In this document: positions 10,632-20,328 of the stretch, piece by piece
Position numbering within the stretch: position 1 is the stretch's first letter
Layout of the letters: each line of letters starts with the position of its first letter
Assembly (NCBI GenBank): GCA_036676395.1
Contig: JAKFCY010000002.1
Span: forward strand, 1,088,001-1,152,000
Source: Bdellovibrio sp.
GTDB lineage: Bacteria > Bdellovibrionota > Bdellovibrionia > Bdellovibrionales > Bdellovibrionaceae
Direction of reading: 5' to 3'
DNA: 64,000 nucleotides
Position numbers and translations under genes: made by a program
Notes under the pieces: generated by a model
Told to the model about the DNA's origin: nothing
What the model saw: only the letters and a program-made list of their open reading frames with translations
Databases searched by the model: none

Positions 10632-13600
10632 AATTTACCGCCACGCAAGAATAAAACTCTTTCGATGTTTTTATTTTTCGTATTCATTTTTATGAATGCG
10701 ATGTCTGCTTTTGCGGGACCACGACACACGACCTATCAAGCAAAAATTATTAAACCCGATGGGCTTCCGCTAGAAGCAGCAAGTGTTAATTTTAAATTTT
10801 CTATTCTTGATCCAGCAGGTGCTTGTGTTGTTTATGCTGAAACTTTTTCTTCAGTGAACATGTCAGGGGCGGGCGGGTTGATTTCTTTCTCGCTAGGTTC
10901 TGGAGTTAAAACTTATCCTGTAAGTGCTACAACTTTTGAACAAGCGTTTTCAAACATTACTCCAAGTTTGTCTTGTGATGTTGGTGGGCCAGTAAGTTAT
11001 TCTCCGCTTGCCGATGATGTTAGAAAAATCGTGATGCAGTTTCATGATGGTTTAGGTTGGCAAACATTACCCGCAATGAATATCAATGCCGTACCTTACG
11101 CAATGTATGCAAACGATGCGCAAAAATTAGGTGGCGTCAGTGCCACAGCTTTTGTGCAAGATACAGATCTAGCGACATGTGCTGGCGGTCAGGCTTTATT
11201 TTATAACGGCACAAGTTTTTCTTGCGTTGCAGTTGGTGGTGGCGGAGTGACTTCTTCGACGATCTCTACAGCACTGGGTTACACCCCGGCAGATGATGCT
11301 GGCGTTGCAACGATTGCTTCAAATGTTTCTAGCGTATCGACCACTGTATTTTCTGTTTCATCAACAGTGGCCAGTTTATCAAGCTCTGTTTCAACATTAT
11401 CTAACACGGTGGCTGCTTCTTTTGCGGCGATTACTAATTCGCAATGGATAACCAGTGGCACAACGATTAGTTACACCAGCGGCAAGGTCGGTATCGGCAC
11501 GAGTGATCCAAAAGGTGCGTTAGATATAATTTCATCGGGCACTACGAATTTAGGCAACGTTGTAAATCTGCCATTACAACTTCGTGGAAGTGGTAGTGAT
11601 ACTACGGCGACAGGTTTAGCGATATATAATCCAAGTAATCCGACAGGTTCTTATTTTGGTATTACTTTTTTAGGTGCTTCTTTTACCGGAACGCGATTAG
11701 GCGTACCAAATCTGAGTAATGGTGTACTCTTGTACGGTAATTCTGCGGGATCACAGGCTGTATCTTTCGTAGCCATCGGAACTTCAACTGCGGCTCCTAT
11801 TTATCTATCAACGAATAACGTTGTCCGCCAAACGATCGCACCTTCTGGCTATGTCGGTATTGGAATAACTACTCCGGTTACAAAACTAGATGTCAGCGGT
11901 GGTGTGCGTATCGGTATGGAAGCAGGTTCTTGCGCAGCAGATTTAGCGGGAACACTAAGATACACTTCGGGCAATGTTGAATATTGTAACGGCACAACAT
12001 GGCAAGCTTTCGGCACAGCTGGCGCAATTACCAGTTCGTCAATTGCAGCAGCGCTCAGTTATACTCCGGCAAATACAACAACCGTAGAAACATCATTTAC
12101 AACATTAACAAATTTATTTAATACGACAGGCACTTCAGTTACAACGCTTACAAGCACAGTTAATAATTTATCTTCATCATATACTATTTTAGCTTCAGCA
12201 GTTTCTGGTATTACAAGTTCACCGTGGGTTACAAGCGGAACAGCGATTAGTTATTCAGCTGGAAATGTCGGTATCGGAACTAGTGCGCCAACAAAGTTAT
12301 TTCAAATCAATTGGTCACCTTCAGCTAGTTGGGAAATCCAGCATGAATTCGATGTTGCCAGTAATGGTCCGGCGCTTAATTCTGCATACAATCTTGGTCC
12401 TGCCGGTGAAGGTCGGTTTAATTTTTCTAAAGCACGTGGCACCATGGCTAATCCAACCGGTGTTTTAAATAATGATTTTTTAGGAACTATTTCTTTTCGC
12501 GGTGCTAATGCATCTGGAACACTTTTACATGCAGCCATTATTCGCGCGATCGCGGCACAAGATTTTGTAAATACATCTGCTGGATCACATTTAGTTTTTC
12601 AGACATCAAGTTCTGGATCAGCTACGCCGTCTGAAAAAGTCAGAATCGATTCGCAAGGTAACGTCGGTATCGGCATTACATCTCCAATCGCGGCATTAGA
12701 TATCAAAGCAGGAACGTCTTCTTCGGCAGCATTAAAATTAACTTCAGGTACTTTATTAACTTCGCCGCAATCAGGAGCTATCGAATACGATGGTTTTAAT
12801 TTTTACAAAACAAATGGCGCTGGTGTGCGTAGTGTGATTGGTTCTTCTGAAGTATCTTCAACAATGAGTTTGATGGACTCAGGCGCGACATTCGGTTCAG
12901 GTCATAAAACGGTCATGGGTGGATATGATCCCAATGGTTTAGTCTGGCATATTGGTGTGAGTGGTACTCAAGCTTTAGATATTAATTCTCGTTATCCAGG
13001 TGGGCCGATCACGATGACTATTGGTGGCTCTGAAATGATGCGCGTGATGGGAAGTACTGGTTTTGTCGGCATCGGCACTCAGACTCCAACTCAAAAATTA
13101 GACGTGCATGGTTACATGCGCTCGGCTGCAGGTTCTGGTGGAACACCAACTGATGGCGGACGCTTATATTTTGCCACGAATTCTTCAGGGCCAAATTATG
13201 ATTTATCTTATGTTGGTGGCTACACTGATCAGGCAGGTAATGATGGATCTGGTGCTGGTTCTCGCGGTGGACTTGTTTTTGCCACAAAATCTACAACCGG
13301 GGCCTCTGCTGCGACTGAAAAAATGCGTATCGATTTAAACGGTCAACTTGGATTGGGTATAGATGTTCCGCTTGTTCCCTTGCATGTACAAAAAGATGCG
13401 CCCAGTGGTTTAGTTGCTTATTTTCAAGGTGTCGGCTCGGGAGGAACCATTGTCGGAACAAATTCAAGCTATCCGACTTCGGGCGGTTTGGTGCAAGGTA
13501 TTGATGCTACTGGTGCGGTCGGTACGTTAGCCTTAAATCCAATAGGTGGATTGGTAGGTTTAGGCACGGCATCGCCTCAAGGTAAATTCAACGTCGATCT

Positions 13601-15362
13601 TATAACTGGCATTAATACCAGTGAAGTTATTCAGGCCTACACATTTTCTTCTTCTGCAATTTGGGGTTTACGTTTATCACAGCGAAATAACAACAATGTA
13701 ATTTCGTATGACTGGAAAACCAGAAATGCCTCATCGACTGATATTTTAGCTATGACCATGGCCGCTTCTGGCCTAATTGGAGTCGGAACAAATGCGCCTC
13801 AAAAAGGTTTGCATGTGGTCTCGGGTGCAATGGTTGGAACAACCGATGGTTTTCCGACAGAATATGCATCAGTACATAACGAATTTAATTCTGGCGTATT
13901 AAAAAAATGGACAGAAACTTCTGGCAACCATGTGAATGCCGGAACATATTCATTGGTATCTCCTGTATCTAATAGTGCCAAGGCCAGTCACAGCTTAGTA
14001 AATATTTTATTCATGGATGTAGCTTCGGGCGTGACAGTGACCGGTTCAAATCATAGTTTTTATAATTTTTCTTCACGTAATAGATACGCAGCTAATACCG
14101 ATAATGGCCATGTGAATTTAATGGTTGGTATTCGCAATGAATACGGCCACGAAAACAGTGTTCCGGCAAATTCTCCAACAACAAGCCAAATATACGGGGC
14201 TTTATTTGTTCCGAATGCGTTTACCGGTACGATTTCTAATTTGTATGATCTTTATATCAGTGCGCCGACTGGCACTGGTACGATAGGTCAGCATTATTCT
14301 ATTTACCAAGCCGCTACGAGCGCCACGAACTATTTTGCTGGGCGTACTGGTATAGGCACTTCAGCTCCGGATGGTTCATTGCATATTGTGACTTCGTCAT
14401 TACAGTCGAACTCTCCAGCGTCGGGAATTTTCTTCGGAAAAAGTTTAGCTGATGATTACCAAATGCAATTAACTCAAAATGGCGGCACACCTCATATTGA
14501 TTTTAGTCGTCTTTCTGGCCGCGACTATGATGCACGAATTTCAACTCCGGCAAACAGCACTTTATCTTTAGGAACAGCGTCGCAAAGTATGTTGTTAAAT
14601 TTATTTAATAGTTATGTAGGTATTGGCACGTTGACTCCGACCCGAGCCTTGCAAGTAGGAACAACTTCAGGCTGGCAAGATGGTTCAGGAATTTTAATTA
14701 AAGGTTCAAATCCTGGAGTTGAATTTGCCGATACACAAACTGTTCCCCAACGTTGGTTAGTCGCCAACGGTGTGACTGTACCCAACGATGGAAATCTTGG
14801 CTTAGCGTTCAATGTAAACACCAGTACGCATAATATCGTAGTCACATCAGGTGGCTTAGTCGGGATCGGCACGTTAACTCCCGATGATAAATTTATGGTG
14901 TATAACGGAGTATCAACTGGCCGCTATACAACGACCGGTTGGACACACGTTTCTGATGCAAGATACAAACATGACATCAGCTCGTTAAATAATTCGTTAG
15001 AAAAAATTCTGCAACTTCGCGGGGTAGAATATAAATTTAACAATGATCCAGAAAATAAAAATCAATTAGGCTTCATCGCCCAAGAAGTTGAACCGATTTT
15101 TCCTGAAGTTGTTTCGACTGATAAAAAAGGTTTCAAATCGATGGTGTACAGCAATCTAGTCGCACCATTGGTCGAGGCCGTGAAATCACTGTATGTCCAA
15201 TTAAAAGAAAATAGTCTCGAAACGAGACAAAATTCTCGCGACATAGCATCGCTTCAGCAAGAAAATGAAAAACTTAAAAACGAAAATCTGCAAAAAGCCA
15301 AAGAACTTGACGACGTCAAATCGCGCCTAGAGCGTATTGAGAAAATGTTAAATTCTAAGTAA
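10629..15362 (+). CDS. Mosaic adhesive fibre (MAT-like) protein with S74 chaperone
   Basis: In-frame GTG at 10629 gives a signal peptide ...SAFA|GPRHTTYQ. Shared N-terminal domain, GxVGIG repeats, VSDARYK S74 motif with GFIAQEVE, coiled coil. Confidence 0.9.
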   Translation: MNLPPRKNKTLSMFLFFVFIFMNAMSAFAGPRHTTYQAKIIKPDGLPLEAASVNFKFSILDPAGACVVYAETFSSVNMSGAGGLISFSLGSGVKTYPVSATTFEQAFSNITPSLSCDVGGPVSYSPLADDVRKIVMQFHDGLGWQTLPAMNINAVPYAMYANDAQKLGGVSATAFVQDTDLATCAGGQALFYNGTSFSCVAVGGGGVTSSTISTALGYTPADDAGVATIASNVSSVSTTVFSVSSTVASLSSSVSTLSNTVAASFAAITNSQWITSGTTISYTSGKVGIGTSDPKGALDIISSGTTNLGNVVNLPLQLRGSGSDTTATGLAIYNPSNPTGSYFGITFLGASFTGTRLGVPNLSNGVLLYGNSAGSQAVSFVAIGTSTAAPIYLSTNNVVRQTIAPSGYVGIGITTPVTKLDVSGGVRIGMEAGSCAADLAGTLRYTSGNVEYCNGTTWQAFGTAGAITSSSIAAALSYTPANTTTVETSFTTLTNLFNTTGTSVTTLTSTVNNLSSSYTILASAVSGITSSPWVTSGTAISYSAGNVGIGTSAPTKLFQINWSPSASWEIQHEFDVASNGPALNSAYNLGPAGEGRFNFSKARGTMANPTGVLNNDFLGTISFRGANASGTLLHAAIIRAIAAQDFVNTSAGSHLVFQTSSSGSATPSEKVRIDSQGNVGIGITSPIAALDIKAGTSSSAALKLTSGTLLTSPQSGAIEYDGFNFYKTNGAGVRSVIGSSEVSSTMSLMDSGATFGSGHKTVMGGYDPNGLVWHIGVSGTQALDINSRYPGGPITMTIGGSEMMRVMGSTGFVGIGTQTPTQKLDVHGYMRSAAGSGGTPTDGGRLYFATNSSGPNYDLSYVGGYTDQAGNDGSGAGSRGGLVFATKSTTGASAATEKMRIDLNGQLGLGIDVPLVPLHVQKDAPSGLVAYFQGVGSGGTIVGTNSSYPTSGGLVQGIDATGAVGTLALNPIGGLVGLGTASPQGKFNVDLITGINTSEVIQAYTFSSSAIWGLRLSQRNNNNVISYDWKTRNASSTDILAMTMAASGLIGVGTNAPQKGLHVVSGAMVGTTDGFPTEYASVHNEFNSGVLKKWTETSGNHVNAGTYSLVSPVSNSAKASHSLVNILFMDVASGVTVTGSNHSFYNFSSRNRYAANTDNGHVNLMVGIRNEYGHENSVPANSPTTSQIYGALFVPNAFTGTISNLYDLYISAPTGTGTIGQHYSIYQAATSATNYFAGRTGIGTSAPDGSLHIVTSSLQSNSPASGIFFGKSLADDYQMQLTQNGGTPHIDFSRLSGRDYDARISTPANSTLSLGTASQSMLLNLFNSYVGIGTLTPTRALQVGTTSGWQDGSGILIKGSNPGVEFADTQTVPQRWLVANGVTVPNDGNLGLAFNVNTSTHNIVVTSGGLVGIGTLTPDDKFMVYNGVSTGRYTTTGWTHVSDARYKHDISSLNNSLEKILQLRGVEYKFNNDPENKNQLGFIAQEVEPIFPEVVSTDKKGFKSMVYSNLVAPLVEAVKSLYVQLKENSLETRQNSRDIASLQQENEKLKNENLQKAKELDDVKSRLERIEKMLNSK

Positions 15363-15391
15363 CAATCAAATTATATTTTGCTCTATGAGCT

Positions 15392-15428
15392 TAACCAAAG
15401 TGCTAGAAATTCCGATAGGTTAGCTGTG
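15392..15428 (+). promoter_or_regulatory. Putative sigma28-type promoter
   Basis: TAAC (15392) - N15 - TCCGATAG (15411), then GTTAGCT and GTG at 15426. Confidence 0.55.
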
Positions 15429-18400
15429 AATACGGCTCGTAAGCAGATGCGTTTTTTATTGTTAGTTGCGGTCGCGACAATGTTGTTGTCGGCAATTAAC
15501 ACTTTTGCAGGCCCAGGGCATACAACCTATCAAGCAAAAATTATTAAACCCGATGGATACCCCCTTGAAAATTCAAGTGTGAATTTTAAATTTACTATTT
15601 TAGATCCGGCCGGTGCGTGTATTTTATATTCTGAAACTTATTCTTCGGTGAATATGACTTCAACGGGCGGATTAATTTCTTTCTCGTTAGGATCAGGTGT
15701 AAAAACTTATCCTGTATCAAGCCCGACATTTGAAGATGTGTTTTCAAATATTACTCCTAACTTATCTTGTGATGCTGGCGGTCCTGTAAGTTATTCGCCG
15801 TTAGCAACTGATACCAGAAAAATCGTGATGCAGTTTCATGACGGTGCCGGCTGGCAGACGCTTCCTGCAATGAATATCAATGCAGTACCTTACGCGATGT
15901 ATGCCAATGAAGCGCTGAAATTAAATGGCAAAGCCGATACTGATTTTGTGCAAGTATCAGTTGTGCCAACATGTACGGCCAGTGAAGCCATTCGTTATAA
16001 CGGCACAAGTTTTTCTTGTGTGGACGTGGGCGGCAGTGGAGCAGTCTCTTCGGGTTCAGTGATTACCGCTTTAGGTTACACTCCTGCTGACGGGGCAAGC
16101 TTAACCACAATCACTTCTAACGTATCGACTGTTTCATCAACAGTGTTTTCAGTTTCATCGACGGTTTCTTCATTAACAAATTCTGTGGCAGCCAGTTTTG
16201 CGGCGATCACTTCATCGCAGTGGCTAACCTCAGGCACGACCATCAGTTATCAATCTGGAAATGTGGGTATCGGTACATCATCAAATGTAACAAAACTAGT
16301 TGTATCAGGTGGTGTGCGCATCAGTATGGAGCCCGCATCGTGTGATGCAACCCTTGCCGGAACTCTACGTTATAATTCAGGGCTTGTTGAATTTTGTAAT
16401 GGCACAGTCTGGTCTGCATTCGGGGTGGCCGGTGCAGGAATCACGTCAGTGAATGGCTCAACTTCAGGGTCGCAAACTTTTGCCGCCGGAATCACCGGAA
16501 CTGTTTTTAATATAACTTCAAATAATGGTGTTCACACTTTTAATATTCCGTTAGCAGCTTCTGGTTCTGTGACTGCGGGATTATTATCAAATGCAGATTA
16601 CGCAACTTTCGCAAATAAAGTCAGTGCAACAAGTGCTGCCGTCGTTTCAGCTTTAGGTTATACACCTGCAAGTGCAACAACAGTTTCAGCTTTAACTTCT
16701 AATTTGGCAGCGGTTTCTGCCTCAGTTGCGGCGATCACTTCGTCACAATGGGTGACGAGTAGCACCTCAATTAATTACGTTGCAGGCAATGTCGGTGTCG
16801 GCACTGCAAATCCAACAGGATCTTTACATCTTGCTCTGAATAACTCGGGAACTGCAATGTCATCGATATCAGATGCGTTTATTCTGCAAAATAAAAATGC
16901 TGCGGCAAATGCTTTAACTTCAATAATGTTTGCCAATCAAGATGGTTTTGGTACGGGGCAGATCACAGCTTTACAAAACACAGGTAATTTCGGTTCGCAG
17001 ATAATTTTCGGTACAAAATCTGGCGTCGGTGGAGCATGGAATACTTCGCAAATGGTTTTAGATACAAATGGTCATGTTGGTATTGGCACATCGACTCCGC
17101 GGGCACGTCTTGATGTTTCGGGCAGTGTAGTCATTGGTAATCTTGCCGCCAATAATGCCTCTCTTACAATTTATACACCAGATAGTGGATCTGCTTCGCA
17201 TGGGGTTGTGCTTATCGATAAAGATGCTGGCTACGGATCATGGCAAAATCCATCAGGTCTTGATGGGATTGATGCAGATAGTTCGGGAACAGTCACAGGG
17301 TGGGGTCCACTTTATTTCAACTATTATTCAAGCGGCAATATTGATTTTAATAATGGCGGCGGTCACTCTTCATTTAATGGCGGCGTGGCGATCGGAATGG
17401 GAGACGCGCCAACTGCTAAATTGCATATCGCAGGTGGAACTTCTTCGACAGCAGCTTTAAAATTTGTATCTGGAACTCTGTTAACTACACCGCAAACAGG
17501 TGCTGTAGAATATAATGGGTTTAATCTTTATCTAACTGATGGCGCCGGTATTCGTAGAGCAATTGCCACGAGCTCTAGTTCTGGAACAATGGATAATGTT
17601 AGCAATATCAATGCATCGACTAACATGACGTTAACGCCGGTAGGATCCGTTATTGTGTCTTCGACAACGATATCAACATCAGCAAATACCGGAGCCCTGG
17701 TTGTCAAAGGTGGTCTTGGAGTGGCCGGAACAATCAACACCGCAGGAAGTTTGAATGTATCGGGAACAGCCGCGATTGCTGGATCACTGAATTTATCATC
17801 TATGACCAGCGGCAGTGTACTTTTTGCCGGAGCCAATGGAACAGTTACTCAAAATAATTCTAGTTTATATTGGGACGGGGCAAACAGACGTTTGGGAATA
17901 GGTACGAATGCGCCGCAAATGAAACTTCATGTTGCTTCAGGTCCAGTATTAATTGGCGCAAACATCGGCGGCTATTCAACCGAGGGGCTGATTGTAAATA
18001 CCAGCTCGCAAAGAAGTGATATTAGTTTTATGCATTCATCAACTGGTGTTACTCAGACGTCAGACGGTTTTAATATAGCCCTGGTTTTTAATAATGTTGA
18101 TTTTGATCTTCGTGAAAATGGTTACATGCGTTTTTTAACAAACAGTGCCGAACAAGTTCGTATTACTTCAACAGGTAACGTCGGTATAGGCACGACTGCT
18201 CCAACCCAAAAATTAGATGTGATGGGATATATAAAAACATCGAACTACGGATCCTCAGCTGGTTCTGCGGCGGGGTTGTATTTATACAGATCTCAGGGGG
18301 GCTCGGCAGGAGCTGAAGTTGCACCTGGAAATGGAGCCGGAGTTGGATTTCTTTCTTTTGCTGGTTATCGAGGTGACGCGACTCTGGGTACAGGAGCACT

Positions 18401-20222
18401 TATTGATGCTCAGACGCCGGTAGTTTCAGGGGCTTGGACAACTTCATCCACTCCTGCTTATCTGCGTTTTTTAACAACTGATGTTGGATCAACGGCAGGT
18501 GTTGTACGCATGACGATCAAAGAAAATGGAGACGTCGGCATCGGTACGTCGACTCCGGGAGCGCGTTTGCAGGTAGCAACACCTGCAAGCGGAGGCGTAA
18601 ATAATCGCTGGGTTTCTGGTAATTCAAATGCTGATTTAATTGATATGACAGGCATCAATGGCGATATGTTTTTAGATCACAGTGTTGGCGCGCGCATGAC
18701 CGCTTCAACATCAACGACATTAAATCATGCAGCGACATTTAAAATTGATGGCGCACCAAATATAGATGCTGCCGCTTCTTCGACATTAACTGTAAATAAT
18801 CTCTACGCCCTATGGGTTGAAGAGGGCACATCACTTTTCGGCGGTAATATTGGCGTCGGAGTTTCAGGAACTCCGTCTTCATACGGCCATGGTGGAACAA
18901 ATAAATTTATCGAAATTCAAAACCCAGGCACCACTGTAAATGCACAATCGCACTTATTTTTAACGACAGGCGTGTCTGCGATTAGTGGAACTTCAATTGG
19001 AACCTTAACATGGGCCCAGCCAAATGTTTCCAGCGCCAGAAAAGAAGTGGCGTGGATTAGTGCAAGTTCTGACTCTGCCAGTGGCGCAGCGCCAGCAGCA
19101 AATTTTCAAATTCATACTCGCTCTATGACTGATGCCTCTCCGATTGAGCGCATGCGCATAACCGCTTCGGGCCGGGTAGGTATCGGGGTATCAAATCCTA
19201 TCACATTATTTTCAAACGTCGCTGCCACGGCTAATCATGCGAATGTCGGTGATCAGGGTGGCACAGGTGAAAATAGCCATTCACTGATTTGGTCTACTGC
19301 GGGAGCTGGTTATTCTGCAGCCATCGTGAATACTTCAATTTCACCCGGAGCTAACGGGTTAAACCTCAGAACTTTGGGTGCAACGTCGAATTACACGATT
19401 CTTTCAGCCGGCGTCGGTGTAAGTTCTACGGCAAATAGTTATGATGTTCTGACTGTAAAAGCGAACCGACAAGTCGGCATCAATCAAGCTTCTCCATTGG
19501 GAACTTTAACAGTTAACGGAACATTTTCACTTCAGCCATCGACGAATAACCATATTTATATGGAATTTTATGCACGCACTGCAACGCCAACAACACGCTC
19601 AGGCTGGTTTGGTTATGGTGCATCGGGAACAAATTTACTTTCAATCACTAATGAAACTGCCGGGCATATTAATATTGATCCAGAAGGTGGCGGTTTCGTA
19701 GGTGTTGATAACATAAATCCAACGCGCTTACTGCACGTCGGAAATTCAGCCATTGCGGCCGGAACACCGGTGGCTAATTTTCAAAATGCTGATGGAACCT
19801 GTACATTAACGCCAGCAGCTGCGGGTTCGGGAATTGCCTGTTCTTCAGATGAACGATTAAAAGAAAACTTTATTGATGTTGGCGGAACTAAAGCCTTAGA
19901 AAAAATATTAAAATTCCAAGCCGTAAGTTACAATTTTAAAACAGCAAAAGATTCTGACCGGCACACAGGTTACCGCGCTCAACAGGTCCAAAAAATATTA
20001 CCCGAGATCGTGCGTACGGATGACAATGGTTTTTTTCAGGTTTATTACGATGCGCTCATCCCATGGATCACCGAGGCCATTAAAGAAATGTATTCTTCAC
20101 AACAAACGCAAGCGCGCGAGATCGCTTCAGTGAAGGCCGAGAACGCTGAAATCAAAGCAGAGAATGCGAAACTAAAAGAACGTCTAGATCGCTTAGAAAA
20201 AGCATTCAACGACAAAAAATAG
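15426..20222 (+). CDS. Mosaic adhesive fibre (MAT-like) protein with S74 chaperone
   Basis: In-frame GTG at 15426, signal peptide ...NTFA|GPGHTTYQ, shared N-terminal domain, GxVGIG repeats, SSDERLKENF S74 motif, coiled coil. Confidence 0.9.
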   Translation: MNTARKQMRFLLLVAVATMLLSAINTFAGPGHTTYQAKIIKPDGYPLENSSVNFKFTILDPAGACILYSETYSSVNMTSTGGLISFSLGSGVKTYPVSSPTFEDVFSNITPNLSCDAGGPVSYSPLATDTRKIVMQFHDGAGWQTLPAMNINAVPYAMYANEALKLNGKADTDFVQVSVVPTCTASEAIRYNGTSFSCVDVGGSGAVSSGSVITALGYTPADGASLTTITSNVSTVSSTVFSVSSTVSSLTNSVAASFAAITSSQWLTSGTTISYQSGNVGIGTSSNVTKLVVSGGVRISMEPASCDATLAGTLRYNSGLVEFCNGTVWSAFGVAGAGITSVNGSTSGSQTFAAGITGTVFNITSNNGVHTFNIPLAASGSVTAGLLSNADYATFANKVSATSAAVVSALGYTPASATTVSALTSNLAAVSASVAAITSSQWVTSSTSINYVAGNVGVGTANPTGSLHLALNNSGTAMSSISDAFILQNKNAAANALTSIMFANQDGFGTGQITALQNTGNFGSQIIFGTKSGVGGAWNTSQMVLDTNGHVGIGTSTPRARLDVSGSVVIGNLAANNASLTIYTPDSGSASHGVVLIDKDAGYGSWQNPSGLDGIDADSSGTVTGWGPLYFNYYSSGNIDFNNGGGHSSFNGGVAIGMGDAPTAKLHIAGGTSSTAALKFVSGTLLTTPQTGAVEYNGFNLYLTDGAGIRRAIATSSSSGTMDNVSNINASTNMTLTPVGSVIVSSTTISTSANTGALVVKGGLGVAGTINTAGSLNVSGTAAIAGSLNLSSMTSGSVLFAGANGTVTQNNSSLYWDGANRRLGIGTNAPQMKLHVASGPVLIGANIGGYSTEGLIVNTSSQRSDISFMHSSTGVTQTSDGFNIALVFNNVDFDLRENGYMRFLTNSAEQVRITSTGNVGIGTTAPTQKLDVMGYIKTSNYGSSAGSAAGLYLYRSQGGSAGAEVAPGNGAGVGFLSFAGYRGDATLGTGALIDAQTPVVSGAWTTSSTPAYLRFLTTDVGSTAGVVRMTIKENGDVGIGTSTPGARLQVATPASGGVNNRWVSGNSNADLIDMTGINGDMFLDHSVGARMTASTSTTLNHAATFKIDGAPNIDAAASSTLTVNNLYALWVEEGTSLFGGNIGVGVSGTPSSYGHGGTNKFIEIQNPGTTVNAQSHLFLTTGVSAISGTSIGTLTWAQPNVSSARKEVAWISASSDSASGAAPAANFQIHTRSMTDASPIERMRITASGRVGIGVSNPITLFSNVAATANHANVGDQGGTGENSHSLIWSTAGAGYSAAIVNTSISPGANGLNLRTLGATSNYTILSAGVGVSSTANSYDVLTVKANRQVGINQASPLGTLTVNGTFSLQPSTNNHIYMEFYARTATPTTRSGWFGYGASGTNLLSITNETAGHINIDPEGGGFVGVDNINPTRLLHVGNSAIAAGTPVANFQNADGTCTLTPAAAGSGIACSSDERLKENFIDVGGTKALEKILKFQAVSYNFKTAKDSDRHTGYRAQQVQKILPEIVRTDDNGFFQVYYDALIPWITEAIKEMYSSQQTQAREIASVKAENAEIKAENAKLKERLDRLEKAFNDKK

Positions 20223-20328
20223 AACTCCCCACAGCCTAAAGTCGAGGTCAAGAGTTACAGAGTTTAAAATTGAGATCTGTTTAAAATAACGTTATGTTTT
20301 AACTAGGCGCAGCCTAGTTAGGAAACTG

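Noticed and set aside
6079..15425. ORF-track starts at 6079, 10569 and 15378
   Set aside because: They run through the conserved promoter-like motif and give over-long signal peptides; the equivalent GTGs at 6151, 10629 and 15426 fit better.
2..20222. Prophage tail module
   Set aside because: The complete fibres have Sec signal peptides and individual host-type promoters; no capsid, terminase, baseplate or integrase genes are in the window.
2..20222. Diversity-generating retroelement or shufflon acting on the fibres
   Set aside because: No reverse transcriptase, adenine-specific template/variable repeat pair, inverted cassettes or recombinase was seen; one could lie outside the window.
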